A stretch of DNA of 64,000 bases from Gammaproteobacteria bacterium (GCA_027296625.1 JAPUIX010000158.1:232-64231); one strand, 5' to 3'. Positions 27,088 to 38,400 are shown, counted from the stretch's first letter. Notes: a model not told the origin generated them from the sequence alone. Numbers and translations are program-made.

Positions 27088-27168
27088 CGCGAGCTCCCAA
27101 CAAGTCCTAGATCCATTGTCGAACTGCTACGGGTCCCTGAAAACACAGTGCCTGTGCCCATGCTGACG

Positions 27169-27966
27169 TCACCGCAGTGGCGACAATTCGGGCCATCCGG
27201 AATTGATGACCGCCCGGGGAATATTAAATCGTTCAGGGTATCGCACCTCCATGAGATAGAGACCCTCTGGGGGAGCAGTGACACCGCCTACCGTTCGGTC
27301 ACGTGCTGCCAGGACATCTTTCGCCCAACTTGGATTCTGTTTATCGAGGCCAATTGCCGTCAAGACACCGACGATGTTTCGCACCATATGGTGTAGAAAG
27401 GCATTGGCCTCAATGTCGACGGCAATTAGATCGTCCCTTCGACAGATGTCTAACCGGTGCACTGTGCGCACGGGATTTTTCGCCTGGCATGCCTGTGACC
27501 GATACGACGTAAAATCATGCTCTCCGACGAGATGTGATGCAGCTTCTAACATCCGCTGTTCATTGAGTGGCCTGCATTCCCAAGCCACCTTGCTATCTAA
27601 GAGCCCCGGGCGCACTGTACGATTCAATATGACATAGCGATACGTTCGTCCGATCGCGGAGAAGCGGGCATCAAAATCACCACCAACCTCTTTAGCCCAT
27701 AGCACGCTAATATCTTTTGGAAGATTCGAGTTTGTGCCGAAAATCCAGGAGCGCATATCGCGAACCGCACGCGAATCAATGTGCACAATTTGATTGCAGG
27801 CGTGAACGCCCGTATCCGTACGACCCGCACATTGCGCTTTAACGATGTGGTCAGCAACCTTGGACAAGGCTTCCTCTACAGATGCCTGAACGGTACGCGT
27901 ACCGTTCTGGATCTGCCACCCAAAAAAACGTGTACCGTCGTACTCGATACCCAGTGCAATCCTCAT
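27169..27966 (-). CDS. truA: tRNA pseudouridine(38-40) synthase. The ORF is called to 28029, but the start was moved to MRIALGIEYDG.
   Basis: Conserved TruA N-terminus and the catalytic RTDxGVH motif. The moved start gives an ATGA overlap with the upstream gene. Confidence 0.85.
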   Translation of the reverse strand: MRIALGIEYDGTRFFGWQIQNGTRTVQASVEEALSKVADHIVKAQCAGRTDTGVHACNQIVHIDSRAVRDMRSWIFGTNSNLPKDISVLWAKEVGGDFDARFSAIGRTYRYVILNRTVRPGLLDSKVAWECRPLNEQRMLEAASHLVGEHDFTSYRSQACQAKNPVRTVHRLDICRRDDLIAVDIEANAFLHHMVRNIVGVLTAIGLDKQNPSWAKDVLAARDRTVGGVTAPPEGLYLMEVRYPERFNIPRAVINSGWPELSPLR

Positions 27967-28637
27967 ACGCTGAATTTGATTACCCCCAGCACGAACGCCA
28001 AACCAAGAGGATACATCCATTGCACCCACGTCGGATGAGAAAAGTCGCCTATTTCAATATTATCCAGTGGCGCCTCCTCTGCCTCATTCAAAACCGAGCA
28101 CATCAACTGAGAGACGGACTGACTCATGGCTGAGATTGGGTTGTCTCTGAATTTCGCTGCAACCACATACTGAGCAAGCCTTTCTTGAACCCTCGGGACC
28201 AAGTCCAGAACTAACGCAAGGCGCAGTGCGAGTCGCTCACGCGGGATGCCAAGACACCCCAATGGCTTCGCCAGCCAATAGATCCCCGCTAGCAATTGCT
28301 CCCGGGAGGTGGTTTTGGATAGAAGGTTCACGGCGATAATCAGCAACGCAAGTGCAGACGCCCGTTCCACCCCGAGTATCAGACCATGTTGCATCGATGT
28401 TTGACCGCCGGTCCCGGTGGTAACGCCTGTCGGCAACCACAAATAGATGATCATGACACCGAGGAGCAACCAACGCATCCGCCAGAGGGGACGCATTATC
28501 GCTCGAAAACTGGCTTTATCCGTTACGCCATACCCGAACGCTAGCAGGAGTGCTGCGGCAACCAGTACTTGCACGTCGCCGCTTGATAAAAAAGCAGCGA
28601 GTACGAGAACACATAAAATACGGGCTACAGGATGCAT
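27963..28637 (-). CDS. integral membrane protein, possibly a CbiQ/EcfT-like ECF transporter T component (orphan)
   Basis: 224 aa with about 5 TM segments. The motif LAKPLGCLGIPRERLALRLALVLDLVPRV...AAKFRD resembles the EcfT coupling-helix signature. No EcfA or EcfS gene lies nearby. Confidence 0.35.
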   Translation of the reverse strand: MHPVARILCVLVLAAFLSSGDVQVLVAAALLLAFGYGVTDKASFRAIMRPLWRMRWLLLGVMIIYLWLPTGVTTGTGGQTSMQHGLILGVERASALALLIIAVNLLSKTTSREQLLAGIYWLAKPLGCLGIPRERLALRLALVLDLVPRVQERLAQYVVAAKFRDNPISAMSQSVSQLMCSVLNEAEEAPLDNIEIGDFSHPTWVQWMYPLGLAFVLGVIKFSV

Positions 28638-28769
28638 GATGACTTTTCGCGCGCCCTGATAGCTTCACATCTATTTTGAAGAGAGGCGCAATTACACTGA
28701 CAATATGGTTACTCGAAGAATTGGCAAAGGGCAACAGCCGCCCACGATTAGGGGCTTAACACTACGTGC

Positions 28770-31700
28770 TTAAGTCGCTTGTTTCAGAAGTTCTTGAGCA
28801 TCCTGCTTTTGTTCTTCTGTTCCCTCTTTTACGACCTCATCAAGAATTGTCTTGGCGCTATCAGAATCGCCTAACTCAATATAGGCCTTGGCAAGATCAA
28901 GTTTAGTTGCTGCTTCGTCGGCAGCGGTTTGCTGTTCCGCGTCCGGCACGCGCGGTATGGATACGGTATCCGCAAACTCCGGCTCTTCTTCCGTCTCCGC
29001 TGCCAGAATCGGAACAGTGTCCTCCGACAGGGACTCTGAAGGCGCCGCCTCAGTAGGACGGGTGTCCTCCATATCGACCAGTTCAAAATCTAAGCCCTGT
29101 CCAGAAGGTGCTTCAGATGCGGGTTCCGGTTCATCCGCACCGCCAGCATCGCTTAGGTCAACTTCCATCACATTGTCTTCGTGGGTTTCCTCAGCGGCGT
29201 CAATGTCCCCACCAGGGGAAGAGATATCAAAGACGTCGGCGTCTTTTGCCGCTTCCTCTTCTGCGCCACCCACCTCCGATCCGCCAACTTCAAACTCGAT
29301 AGTACTGAAATCACTTGCTCCGGCAGTATCTTTGATCTCTTCGTCCGCTTCACTCGTAGACGTCACATCCAACAAGTCCTCACGAGTATCCAAGGTCCCT
29401 TCGCTTGTCAGGCTCACATCAAGCAGATCCTCTCCCTTCGACATCATTGCGGCACTACTCGCGGTGATATCCAACATCGATTCATCATCTTCGTCTAGCT
29501 GTCCTGCGGTGATCTCCAGCACCGGTTTAATCCCTTCCTCGGTCTGCGTGCCCCCTGTAACGTCTACCATCTCTTCGCCCACATCAGCGGCTTCGCCAGC
29601 CGAGACCGTAAGATCCAAGACTTCTTCTTCACTTTCCACCTCACCACTGCGTGTCAGATCCAGCACCTCATGTGCCTGCGCAATCCCTGGCTCCGTTGTA
29701 TCGGACACATCCAACTCAAAGTCGAGCACCGCATCCTCTTCGGCTTCACCCGCTGCGGCACGTTCACTTACGGTATCGTCAAACGTGTCCTCTCCTTTGG
29801 GGGCAAACGTCACAGTGGTATCAGTGACAATGGGCACTTCATCACGCGTGATATCAAGCACATCCGAGCCGGTGCTTCCCCCGAGCAGCTCCACGACCGG
29901 CGTTACGTCTTCCTCCCCAGGTTTGGGTGTTTCAAATAACGCTCGGTCCGGTGACATCTCCTGCCACATAGCCACAGCCATCTCCCAAATCTGTCCCTCT
30001 CCACCGACAGCATCGCGCAGTTCGCGAGCGTATTCTTCATACGCTTTCTTGTTGTTTGCAGCGTAATAAACCTCTAGCAACTTCAGCTTGTACTCGTGCC
30101 GATCGGGCGATTTTTCCATCGCAGCTTTGACAAATTCCTCTGCTTGGTCAAATCGTTCGTAGGCCAAGTAAATATTAATCTCAGCGAGCGGATCCTCTTC
30201 CGCCTCGCCGGACGGCGCAGCCTCCGTGGCCACCGGAGAAGCCTCTTCAGCCGGCGGGGAGGTGGCCGGCTTGGGCATCTCGGCTGCATCCAGCGCCACG
30301 GTTTCGGCTTTCGTCACATCCACTACCTCTTCCATTTCCTCCAGCTCTACCGTCTCGCCGAAATCCTCATCGGCAAAACCTGGAAGCTCGATCAATTCCG
30401 CAGCCTCGGCCTGCCGACGTCTGTGCACAACGACCGCATAACCAAGGAGCAACAAGACCAAACCACCTGCAACCCCGAGCATTGTCCTCGTGTTGCCCAT
30501 CACAAACCCTTTGGCGGCGTCAAAATACCCGCGCGCCGTGTCGGCAAAACCTACAATGACATCCTTAACGGAGCCCAGGATTTCCTGCACCATTGCCATG
30601 GGCCCTGCTGATGTCCCGGCCTCAGACTCCGGCCCAGATACGACAACAACTTCTTCTTCAACGCCCTCTTCCAAACCTGCCTCTTCCATTAACGGAGAAG
30701 TCTCAGTCACCTTCGCAACTTCTCCAAGCTCTTCAGGCGCAAGCGGCGGGGGCTCAGCCTGTCGCTTCGCCAACTCAGCCTGCAGTGCAGCGAGCTGATC
30801 GTCCTTAAGCGAGATCAGGCGCCGCAAGTCGATCACCAACTCTTCCGACTCTTCTAGGCGATTCTTGATCTCTACATTTTCTTGCCGCAGCGCCTCGACC
30901 GTCTCATTGACCAAGGCCAATTTCTTACTAAGCTCCGCCGCCGGGGCTCCATCCGCTGGTGCTTCAGCGACCTGCTGGACCGTGCCGACGCCTTCCTTTG
31001 ACGGACTGACCAGTTTGAGCTCCGATTCCTCTGTAACTTCGTCGGGCGTGGCCGCCGCCTCTGTACCTGGCTTTTCGATGGCGCCGGCGCCAACGGTACG
31101 TGGACCCGCCGTGCTTGCAACAGTCTGGCGGTATTCATCCCAGAGGGCATACTGTCCCTTGACCTCCGCTAGGGCTTCAGCCTTGTTAAGTGCTGTCACT
31201 TCGTCCCGATCCGGGATCCGCAGGATATGATCTTTGTAGAGGCCATTGACGTTATCACGGGAAAAGGCGTTCGGATTCGCACGCAACAGTGCCAGCATCA
31301 TCTGCTGCACACTCACTGAAGTGTCAGGACGGAAGTGCTTTGCCAGCGACCAGAGCGTATCACCGGCGATCACGGGACCGTATTCACCATCCACAGCCGC
31401 CGGGTGCGGCGCGTAATCAGGAATGTGGCCGGGGCCATACTGGACGTCGTGACTGATATCAGGTGCCGATGGTGCCGGCGGTGAGGGCCTCGATTCAACC
31501 ATCTTCGGCGCTTCCACCGGCGCTGCATAGCTTGGCGCCTCACGAGTCGGTGCGGCAGCCGCTTCAGGCGCCTCGAACTCGGCAACCTCGACGGTCGCCT
31601 CATACACCGGTGGATCGAGGAGCACTGTGTATTCACGCAACAGACGCCCTCTTGACCAATTCAATTCAATCAAAAAGTCGAGAAACGGCTCGCGGATCGG

Positions 31701-31997
31701 CTCAGGGGAAGTGATCCGGATGTAATCAGGTCCTGTCTCGTTGCTAATTACTGCGAAACGGAGCTTCGAGAGGATGAACGGTCTGTCGATACCCGCCTTT
31801 CTAAAGGCGTCCATGTCGGCGAGCCCAATAGTGAGGCTATCGAGCTCATCGGGTTTTGCCTTCAACAATACGATCCTGGCATCAAACGATTGATTCAAGG
31901 CCGAATTAAGCTCTAGCTCGCCCAGCCCGAGCCCCTGAATCACGCTGGGCACACTGAAGGCTGACACAGCCAGGACCAGAACCAGTATCCGTTTCAT
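28770..31997 (-). CDS. fimV: FimV/HubP-like peptidoglycan-binding polar scaffold protein. The ORF is called to 32144, but the start was moved to MKRILVLVLAVSAF.
   Basis: It has a signal peptide, a LysM domain (GDTLWSLAKHF...), a single TM segment, a cytoplasmic TPR segment, a highly acidic repeat region, and the conserved FimV C-terminal motif (LDLAKAYIELGD...AKTILDEV). The asd-fimV-truA synteny is conserved. Confidence 0.75.
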   Translation of the reverse strand: MKRILVLVLAVSAFSVPSVIQGLGLGELELNSALNQSFDARIVLLKAKPDELDSLTIGLADMDAFRKAGIDRPFILSKLRFAVISNETGPDYIRITSPEPIREPFLDFLIELNWSRGRLLREYTVLLDPPVYEATVEVAEFEAPEAAAAPTREAPSYAAPVEAPKMVESRPSPPAPSAPDISHDVQYGPGHIPDYAPHPAAVDGEYGPVIAGDTLWSLAKHFRPDTSVSVQQMMLALLRANPNAFSRDNVNGLYKDHILRIPDRDEVTALNKAEALAEVKGQYALWDEYRQTVASTAGPRTVGAGAIEKPGTEAAATPDEVTEESELKLVSPSKEGVGTVQQVAEAPADGAPAAELSKKLALVNETVEALRQENVEIKNRLEESEELVIDLRRLISLKDDQLAALQAELAKRQAEPPPLAPEELGEVAKVTETSPLMEEAGLEEGVEEEVVVVSGPESEAGTSAGPMAMVQEILGSVKDVIVGFADTARGYFDAAKGFVMGNTRTMLGVAGGLVLLLLGYAVVVHRRRQAEAAELIELPGFADEDFGETVELEEMEEVVDVTKAETVALDAAEMPKPATSPPAEEASPVATEAAPSGEAEEDPLAEINIYLAYERFDQAEEFVKAAMEKSPDRHEYKLKLLEVYYAANNKKAYEEYARELRDAVGGEGQIWEMAVAMWQEMSPDRALFETPKPGEEDVTPVVELLGGSTGSDVLDITRDEVPIVTDTTVTFAPKGEDTFDDTVSERAAAGEAEEDAVLDFELDVSDTTEPGIAQAHEVLDLTRSGEVESEEEVLDLTVSAGEAADVGEEMVDVTGGTQTEEGIKPVLEITAGQLDEDDESMLDITASSAAMMSKGEDLLDVSLTSEGTLDTREDLLDVTSTSEADEEIKDTAGASDFSTIEFEVGGSEVGGAEEEAAKDADVFDISSPGGDIDAAEETHEDNVMEVDLSDAGGADEPEPASEAPSGQGLDFELVDMEDTRPTEAAPSESLSEDTVPILAAETEEEPEFADTVSIPRVPDAEQQTAADEAATKLDLAKAYIELGDSDSAKTILDEVVKEGTEEQKQDAQELLKQAT
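29340..29780 (-). repeat. degenerate in-frame acidic tandem repeats inside fimV, of the form (E/D)xLDxT..SE (approximate coordinates)
   Basis: The translated repeats are VLDITRDEV, VLDFELDVSDTTE, VLDLTRSGEV, VLDLTVSAGE, MVDVTGGTQTE, MLDITASS, LLDVSLTSEG and LLDVTSTSEADEE. Confidence 0.4.
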
Positions 31998-32193
31998 CGG
32001 TCGTAAACTCTGCTTAAATTCCCGAACAAAGAAGATCTGCGGAGCTTGGCCCAGGCATTGCTGAGCACCGGATAGGGCCCAGCCCGGCGAACGTCGCTTA
32101 CGTAGTTCCCCCGGAACCGGGACTTTAGCGCTCGCGGTCTCCAAGCAGCCACAAGACTTCGAATGTGCTTTACAATTACACCTTAAATATAGT

Positions 32194-33216
32194 TTATAAG
32201 TAGTCTTTTACCAAAATTTCAGCGATTTGAACACTATTTAGTGCCGCCCCTTTCCGCACGTTGTCGGAGACGACCCACAGGTCCACTCCCCTAGGATGAG
32301 AGATATCCTCCCGGATGCGCCCCACGTAGACGGCATCACAACCTGACGCCTCGGTCACAGCGGTTGGATAACTATCATTCTGACGTCCATCCAGCACGAC
32401 GACGCCTGGTGCCGTGGCTAAGAGTTTTCGCACATCATCGGCCGCAATCTTCTCGCGTGTCTCGATATGAATTGCTTCAGAATGACCATAGAATACGGGC
32501 ACGCGCACTGTGGTTGGGTTCACCTTGATGCGCTCATCATCGAAAATCTTTTGCGTCTCCCACACCATCTTCATCTCTTCCTTCGTGTACCCGTTGTCCT
32601 GGAACCCATCGATGTGCGGCAGAACATTAAAGGCAATTTGTTTGGGGTATACTGAGGGTTTAATCGGTTTCCCATTAAGTAGTGCTGCTGTTTGGGCGAC
32701 AAGCTCTTCAATTGCCTCCTTACCAGTCCCTGACACCGCCTGATATGTACAAACATTTATCCGCTCTATGCCAACCTCATCGTAGATAGGCTTAAGCGCT
32801 ACAACCATCTGTATTGTTGAGCAGTTCGGATTTGCAATAATGCCGTGGTTTCTGTAGCCAGCAATCGCATGCGCATTCACTTCTGGAACAACCAGAGGAA
32901 TGTCTTTCTCGTAGCGAAATCTCGATGTGTTATCGATGACAACACTCCCCGCCGCCGATGCTCTTGGAGCATGGACATCGGAGACGGATGCTCCCGCTGA
33001 GAATAGACTGATGTCAACGCCAACAAAGTCAAAGGATTCGAGCTCTTGGACAGCCAACTCTTGGCCCTTGCAATCTATCTTCGTACCGGCAGATCGAGCG
33101 CTTGCAAGCAGATAGAGTTCGTTAACCGGAAAATCGCGTTCCACTAGGATCGACACCATCGCCTCGCCAACTGCACCGGTGGCACCTACCACAGCAACAT
33201 TAAACTTGCGAGTCAT
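32194..33216 (-). CDS. asd: aspartate-semialdehyde dehydrogenase
   Basis: 340 aa with an N-terminal GATGAVG NAD(P) motif and the long proteobacterial Asd form. Confidence 0.9.
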   Translation of the reverse strand: MTRKFNVAVVGATGAVGEAMVSILVERDFPVNELYLLASARSAGTKIDCKGQELAVQELESFDFVGVDISLFSAGASVSDVHAPRASAAGSVVIDNTSRFRYEKDIPLVVPEVNAHAIAGYRNHGIIANPNCSTIQMVVALKPIYDEVGIERINVCTYQAVSGTGKEAIEELVAQTAALLNGKPIKPSVYPKQIAFNVLPHIDGFQDNGYTKEEMKMVWETQKIFDDERIKVNPTTVRVPVFYGHSEAIHIETREKIAADDVRKLLATAPGVVVLDGRQNDSYPTAVTEASGCDAVYVGRIREDISHPRGVDLWVVSDNVRKGAALNSVQIAEILVKDYL

Positions 33217-33293
33217 ATTCCTTGATCAGTCCTTCTCACTACCAACCTAATATTGAGCGTGTCATATCATTAAGCAACCGATCGCTTATCTTC

Positions 33294-34367
33294 TCAGCCC
33301 AACGCAGCAACAACGGCATCACCCATTTCTCGCGTGCTTACTTTGCGCGTTCCGGGCGAGTAGATGTCTGGTGTACGCATGCCCCTGCCTAACACGGAGC
33401 GAACCGCCTGCTCGACCCGCCCGGCAAGTTGTGGCTCTGAGAGCGTGTAACGCAACATCATCGCCACGGAAAGTATGGTGGCTAAGGGATTTGCCGTATT
33501 CTGCCCCGCAATTTCTGGCGCCGACCCGTGGATCGGCTCATACAACCCCTTACTCTTCTCATCGATTGACGCCGATGGCAACATTCCGATTGACCCACTC
33601 AACATCGAGGCAAGATCAGACAAAATGTCGCCAAACAGGTTGGTCGTCACAATCACATCAAACTGTTTTGGTTGGCGGACCAGCTGCATTGCTGCATTAT
33701 CCACATACATGTGGGTAAGTTGCACATTCGGATAGTCGTGCGAAATACCGTCAACAACTTCGCGCCACAGCTGTAAGCTCTCCAGCACATTGGCTTTATC
33801 TACTGAACACACCCGCCGCTTGCGCGTCAAGGCAATACTAAACGCCGTATGGGCAATGCGCTCAATTTCTGACTCTCGGTAAATCAGCGTATTTAAGCCC
33901 ACGCGCTCGCCATTCTCCGAGACCTCGACACCACGTGGCTCGCCAAAATAGATCCCACCTGTCAGCTCGCGAACAATTAGGATATCAAGGCCTGCCACTA
34001 CATCAGGTTTTAGGGACGAGGCCGCCTCAAGCTCTGGATAAAGGATGGCTGGTCTAAGATTCGCAAACAGGCCAAGATCAAAACGCAGCCTTAATAGCCC
34101 CTTTTCCGGCCGCATCGATGCGTCCAGCGACTCCCACTTCGATCCGCCCACGGCCCCCAATAGTATGGCGTCACAGCCTCGCGCGAGCGAAATTGTTTCC
34201 GCTGGCAGCGGATCGCCTACACTATCAAGCGCAGCACCCCCCACAAGACCTTGACTGAGGGTCACGTCAAGACCGTGGCCGCTCTTGAGCGTCTCAATCA
34301 CCTTAACGGCTTCGGCAACGATTTCCGGCCCGATCCCATCGCCTGGAAGCACAAGTACTTTTTTCAT
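33294..34367 (-). CDS. leuB: 3-isopropylmalate dehydrogenase. The ORF is called to 34472, but the start was moved to [15 protein letters not shown].
   Basis: Canonical LeuB N-terminus. No leuCD genes are adjacent. Confidence 0.9.
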   Translation of the reverse strand: MKKVLVLPGDGIGPEIVAEAVKVIETLKSGHGLDVTLSQGLVGGAALDSVGDPLPAETISLARGCDAILLGAVGGSKWESLDASMRPEKGLLRLRFDLGLFANLRPAILYPELEAASSLKPDVVAGLDILIVRELTGGIYFGEPRGVEVSENGERVGLNTLIYRESEIERIAHTAFSIALTRKRRVCSVDKANVLESLQLWREVVDGISHDYPNVQLTHMYVDNAAMQLVRQPKQFDVIVTTNLFGDILSDLASMLSGSIGMLPSASIDEKSKGLYEPIHGSAPEIAGQNTANPLATILSVAMMLRYTLSEPQLAGRVEQAVRSVLGRGMRTPDIYSPGTRKVSTREMGDAVVAALG

Positions 34368-34705
34368 CGTTTCACCAACAATCGAATGGTGTCCGCCGAC
34401 ACGCCACCTAAAAAGTGAGTAAGGATACTCCAAGGGTTGATAAGAAAACACACCGAACCATTGCTGTTTCACCGCGCAAGCGACAATGCCCTAATCTGCT
34501 CACCATCGCGCTTGGGTTCCCCGCAGCGCTCAATAACCGACTAATTCGCAGACAGCCGCCCGCCAATACCGGCTTCTGACGCTCGGTCCAGACACACTTT
34601 TTGGCTTGCTCGGTTTACAGCTTCGGGCACGTGCGATTGGAGAGCATATTTGGATAGCCTATACTACGCGCGTTTTGCACCCATCCGGGGTAAAGAAACG
34701 GTTCG

Positions 34706-35905
34706 ATGAACCTCAGCCTTTCCGCACTGCAGCCGTATCCGTTTGAGAAGCTTAACCAGCTTATAAAGAACGTCACACCCCCGGAGGGAAAACCGCCGAT
34801 CAACCTTTCGATCGGTGAACCTAAACATCCGACGCCACGGTTCATAACGGAAAGCATGATCGAGCATCTAGAGACTACGGCAACGTATCCGACGATACGT
34901 GGCAATGTGGAACTCCGTGCCGTCATCGCTGACTGGCTAATAGCCCGGTTTTCACTTCCTGCAGGTAGCCTAAGTGGCGATCAAAACGTTCTACTGGTCA
35001 ACGGAACACGGGAAGCCCTGTTTGCCTTCGCTCAATGTGTCGTTGACAACACGCAAGAGCGTCCAGTTGTCGTGATAATCAATCCTTTTTATCAAATCTA
35101 TGAGGGCGCAGCTCTGTTAGCCGGGGCAGAACCCTGGTATATGAACTGCGTAGAAGAGCATGAGTTCCTTCCCGATTTCCAAGCGGTGCCAGAAGAAGTC
35201 TGGCAACGATGCCAATTATTGTATCTCTGCTCGCCCGGTAACCCGACAGGTGCCGTAATAGACACCGCCACGTATTCGGCGCTGCTTGAGCTCGCTGATG
35301 AATTTGACTTTATTATTGCCTCGGATGAATGTTATTCAGAGATCTACCTGGTTGAGGACGATCCCCCTGTCGGACTTCTACACGCCGCTGCAGTAAGCGG
35401 ACGTACTAACTACCAACGCTGTATAGTCTTTCATAGTCTTTCCAAACGCTCCAATGCCCCAGGCATGCGTTCGGGTTTTGTAGCCGGTGATGCCCAGCTT
35501 ATCCAGGCGTTTTTTGTGTACCGCACCTATCACGGCTGCGCCATGCCACTCTATACACAGGCCGCCAGTTTACTCGCGTGGCAGGATGAGAAACACGTGC
35601 GACATAATCGGGCATTGTACCGAGAAAAGTTCGAGGCAGTGCTGGACACCCTGACCCCCGTAATGAAGGTACACCGGCCCAAAGCAAGCTTTTATCTATG
35701 GCCAGAAACTCCCATCGATGACACTAACTTTGCATACGGACTCATCGAGCGTCAAAATGTAACTGTTCTGCCGGGGAGTTTCCTTTCACGAACGGCTAAC
35801 GGGGTGAATCCTGGACACCGCCGTATACGGATTGCACTGGTCGCACCGCTCGACGAATGTGTGGAAGCTGCTGTGCGGATTCGGGATTACATTAATACCT
35901 CATAA
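34706..35905 (+). CDS. dapC: succinyldiaminopimelate aminotransferase (DapC-type, class I PLP aminotransferase)
   Basis: 399 aa from aminotransferase class I/II (SLSKRSNAPGMRSG). It lies immediately upstream of dapD. Confidence 0.65.
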   Translation: MNLSLSALQPYPFEKLNQLIKNVTPPEGKPPINLSIGEPKHPTPRFITESMIEHLETTATYPTIRGNVELRAVIADWLIARFSLPAGSLSGDQNVLLVNGTREALFAFAQCVVDNTQERPVVVIINPFYQIYEGAALLAGAEPWYMNCVEEHEFLPDFQAVPEEVWQRCQLLYLCSPGNPTGAVIDTATYSALLELADEFDFIIASDECYSEIYLVEDDPPVGLLHAAAVSGRTNYQRCIVFHSLSKRSNAPGMRSGFVAGDAQLIQAFFVYRTYHGCAMPLYTQAASLLAWQDEKHVRHNRALYREKFEAVLDTLTPVMKVHRPKASFYLWPETPIDDTNFAYGLIERQNVTVLPGSFLSRTANGVNPGHRRIRIALVAPLDECVEAAVRIRDYINTS

Positions 35906-35929
35906 ATTAGTGTGGGCTAGTACACCTGT

Positions 35930-36751
35930 ATGGACAAACTCCAAAAGGCGATCGAAGAAGGCTTTAACAACCGAGCCGATATCACGCCAAAAAACGTCGC
36001 AAAACCAATCAAAGATGCTGTGCTCGAATGCATCAGTTTATTAGACAGCGGTTCGCTGCGCGTCGCGGAGAAGAAACAGGGCAATTGGACAGTCAATGAA
36101 TGGCTAAAAAAAGCTGTGCTGCTTTACTTCCGGATAGAGGACAATCATTTAATTAGCGGTTCATTTACAAACTATTATGACAAGGTGCCCCTAAAATTCG
36201 CTGGCACCAACATACAAGACTTTACAGACATCGGCGCTCGTGTTGTGCCACCAGCGACTGCACGCTTCGGAAGCTACATTGCGCCGGACGTGGTGCTCAT
36301 GCCATGCTATGTGAATATTGGCGCGTATATTGATAGCGGCACGATGGTGGATACCTGGGCTACCGTAGGCTCCTGTGCCCAGATCGGAAAAAACGTGCAT
36401 CTTTCCGGAGGCGTCGGCATCGGTGGTGTGCTTGAGCCGGTTCAGGCTACCCCAACGATCATTGAAGACAACTGTTTTGTTGGCGCCCGGTCCGAGATCG
36501 TCGAAGGCGTTGTTGTCGGCGAGGGCTCGGTGATCTCGATGGGCGTGTACATTGGCCAAAGCACCAAGATTTACAACCGACAATCTGGCGAGGTGAGCTA
36601 TGGGCGTGTCCCTCCGGGCTCGGTTGTTGTATCTGGGAACCTACCCGCAAAAGACGGTAGCCACAGCCTTTATTGCGCTGTGATCGTTAAGCAAGTCGAT
36701 GAGAAAACGCGCGCTAAAGTAGGCATCAACGAGTTGCTCCGCAACATTTAA
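35930..36751 (+). CDS. dapD: 2,3,4,5-tetrahydropyridine-2,6-dicarboxylate N-succinyltransferase
   Basis: 273 aa with hexapeptide repeats in a DapD fold. Confidence 0.9.
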   Translation: MDKLQKAIEEGFNNRADITPKNVAKPIKDAVLECISLLDSGSLRVAEKKQGNWTVNEWLKKAVLLYFRIEDNHLISGSFTNYYDKVPLKFAGTNIQDFTDIGARVVPPATARFGSYIAPDVVLMPCYVNIGAYIDSGTMVDTWATVGSCAQIGKNVHLSGGVGIGGVLEPVQATPTIIEDNCFVGARSEIVEGVVVGEGSVISMGVYIGQSTKIYNRQSGEVSYGRVPPGSVVVSGNLPAKDGSHSLYCAVIVKQVDEKTRAKVGINELLRNI

Positions 36752-36883
36752 AGCGTCAACGTACGCAGGGCAAAATACAATACCCAGTACAGAAAAGCGC
36801 CGTTGGCAAAATATTCTATCGTCGCGTGAGCGCCGATGCGCTCTTGCAAACCCATGGATGACCGTCGTACCGGTACCTTATAT

Positions 36884-38242
36884 TTATAGGTGTTGAACCC
36901 CCGCCAGTGCATCCTTAACGGCCGAAGCCAGTTGGTTAGCCAAAGCATTCACCTGAACTGCATCCTTGCCCTCGACCATGACCCGCACAACGGGTTCGGT
37001 GCCAGAAGGACGTAATAGCACACGCCCGTCACCGCCAAGTTCCGTTTCCACGTCTCTTACGGCATTTTGTACCGATGTGAGGCGCCCAAGGTCGACAGGT
37101 TTATCCATGGTCACATTAATCAGCTGCTGTGGATATTTGCTCATGCCTGATTTGAGAGCATCCAGTGACTTGCCGCTGCGCACCATAGCTTCTAAAACCT
37201 GCAGGGCAGACACAATACCATCCCCGGTATTCGTCAGATCCAAACAGATTATGTGCCCTGACGTTTCACCCCCTAGGGTCCAACCGCCCTCCAAAAGCAT
37301 CTCCATGATGTAACGGTCTCCAACCTTTGCGCGTTTAAAATCCAGACCAAGGTTACGTACCGCGATTTCTAAACCAAGATTACTCATCTGGGTACCCACA
37401 ACGGCGCCGGCAAGCAGATCGCTCTTACACCGTGCTCGTGCAATGATGTACATGATTTCATCGCCGTCAACGATATTTCCAGCACGATCAACCAGAATGG
37501 CCCGGTCGCCATCGCCGTCCAAAGCAATCCCTACATCGGCACCACTGTCTCGTACCTTTGCTTGCAGTGCTTCTGGCTTGGTTGCGCCGCGCGCATCATT
37601 AATATTAAGACCGTTCGGCTCAACACCAAGGCAAATAACCTGCGCACCCAGCTCCTCAAAAACATGGGGTGCAATGTGGTAGGTTGCGCCATGAGCACAA
37701 TCCACCACGACTTTCATGCCATTCAGGCTAATATCTCGGCCGATTGTACGTTTACAAAACTCGATATAACGACCCGACGCATCTTCCACCCGTTCGGCCC
37801 TACCGAGGCGTCCCGAATCCACAGTTTTCAAAGGGCGCTCAAGCTCCGCCTCGATTTGTAGCTCAACGTCGTCCGCCAGTTTAGTTCCGTCGCTTGAAAA
37901 GAATTTGATGCCGTTGTCCTGGTATGGATTGTGAGAAGCACTAATCACAATGCCCCCCTGAGCATGGAAGGTGCATGTCAGATAGGCGATGGCCGGCGTC
38001 GGCATGGGACCGAGTAAGCGGATGTCGACACCCGCAGCGGAGAGGCCAGCCTCTAGGGCCGACTCAAACATGTACCCTGAAATACGGGTATCTTTGCCGA
38101 TTAGAATCTTACCGCCCCCGCCCTTTGCCAACACGCGCCCAGCTGCCCAACCAAGCTTCATAACAAAGTCGGGCGTGATCGGAGCAATTCCGACTTTCCC
38201 GCGAATGCCGTCGGTGCCGAAATACTTCCTTTCCCGTCTCAT
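36884..38242 (-). CDS. glmM: phosphoglucosamine mutase
   Basis: 452 aa with the active-site loop SASHNP and the N-terminal YFGTDGIRG. Confidence 0.9.
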   Translation of the reverse strand: MRRERKYFGTDGIRGKVGIAPITPDFVMKLGWAAGRVLAKGGGGKILIGKDTRISGYMFESALEAGLSAAGVDIRLLGPMPTPAIAYLTCTFHAQGGIVISASHNPYQDNGIKFFSSDGTKLADDVELQIEAELERPLKTVDSGRLGRAERVEDASGRYIEFCKRTIGRDISLNGMKVVVDCAHGATYHIAPHVFEELGAQVICLGVEPNGLNINDARGATKPEALQAKVRDSGADVGIALDGDGDRAILVDRAGNIVDGDEIMYIIARARCKSDLLAGAVVGTQMSNLGLEIAVRNLGLDFKRAKVGDRYIMEMLLEGGWTLGGETSGHIICLDLTNTGDGIVSALQVLEAMVRSGKSLDALKSGMSKYPQQLINVTMDKPVDLGRLTSVQNAVRDVETELGGDGRVLLRPSGTEPVVRVMVEGKDAVQVNALANQLASAVKDALAGVQHL

Positions 38243-38400
38243 CTTGCTACGCCGATTGTTGTTAACGAATAAAGCTTGCGGGAATGTTAGGTTGTCTGGG
38301 AGTCATGAGAACCAGCGCTGTAGACCGGGACGCGTCAGGGAGAGCACGGAAGTATCGACCCACGTGCGACTCTCGAGCACCCGAACCCTGCGCTGCCCCA

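Noticed and set aside
28888-30066. 392-aa Ser/Thr-rich ORF on the plus strand
   Set aside because: It is antisense to the acidic repeat region of fimV. Its low-complexity S/T composition is the mirror image of the D/E-rich repeats, so it is a spurious ORF.
34615-34926. 103-aa minus-strand ORF in the leuB-dapC intergenic region
   Set aside because: It overlaps the dapC start on the opposite strand and has no motifs. The region is more plausibly the divergent promoter region.
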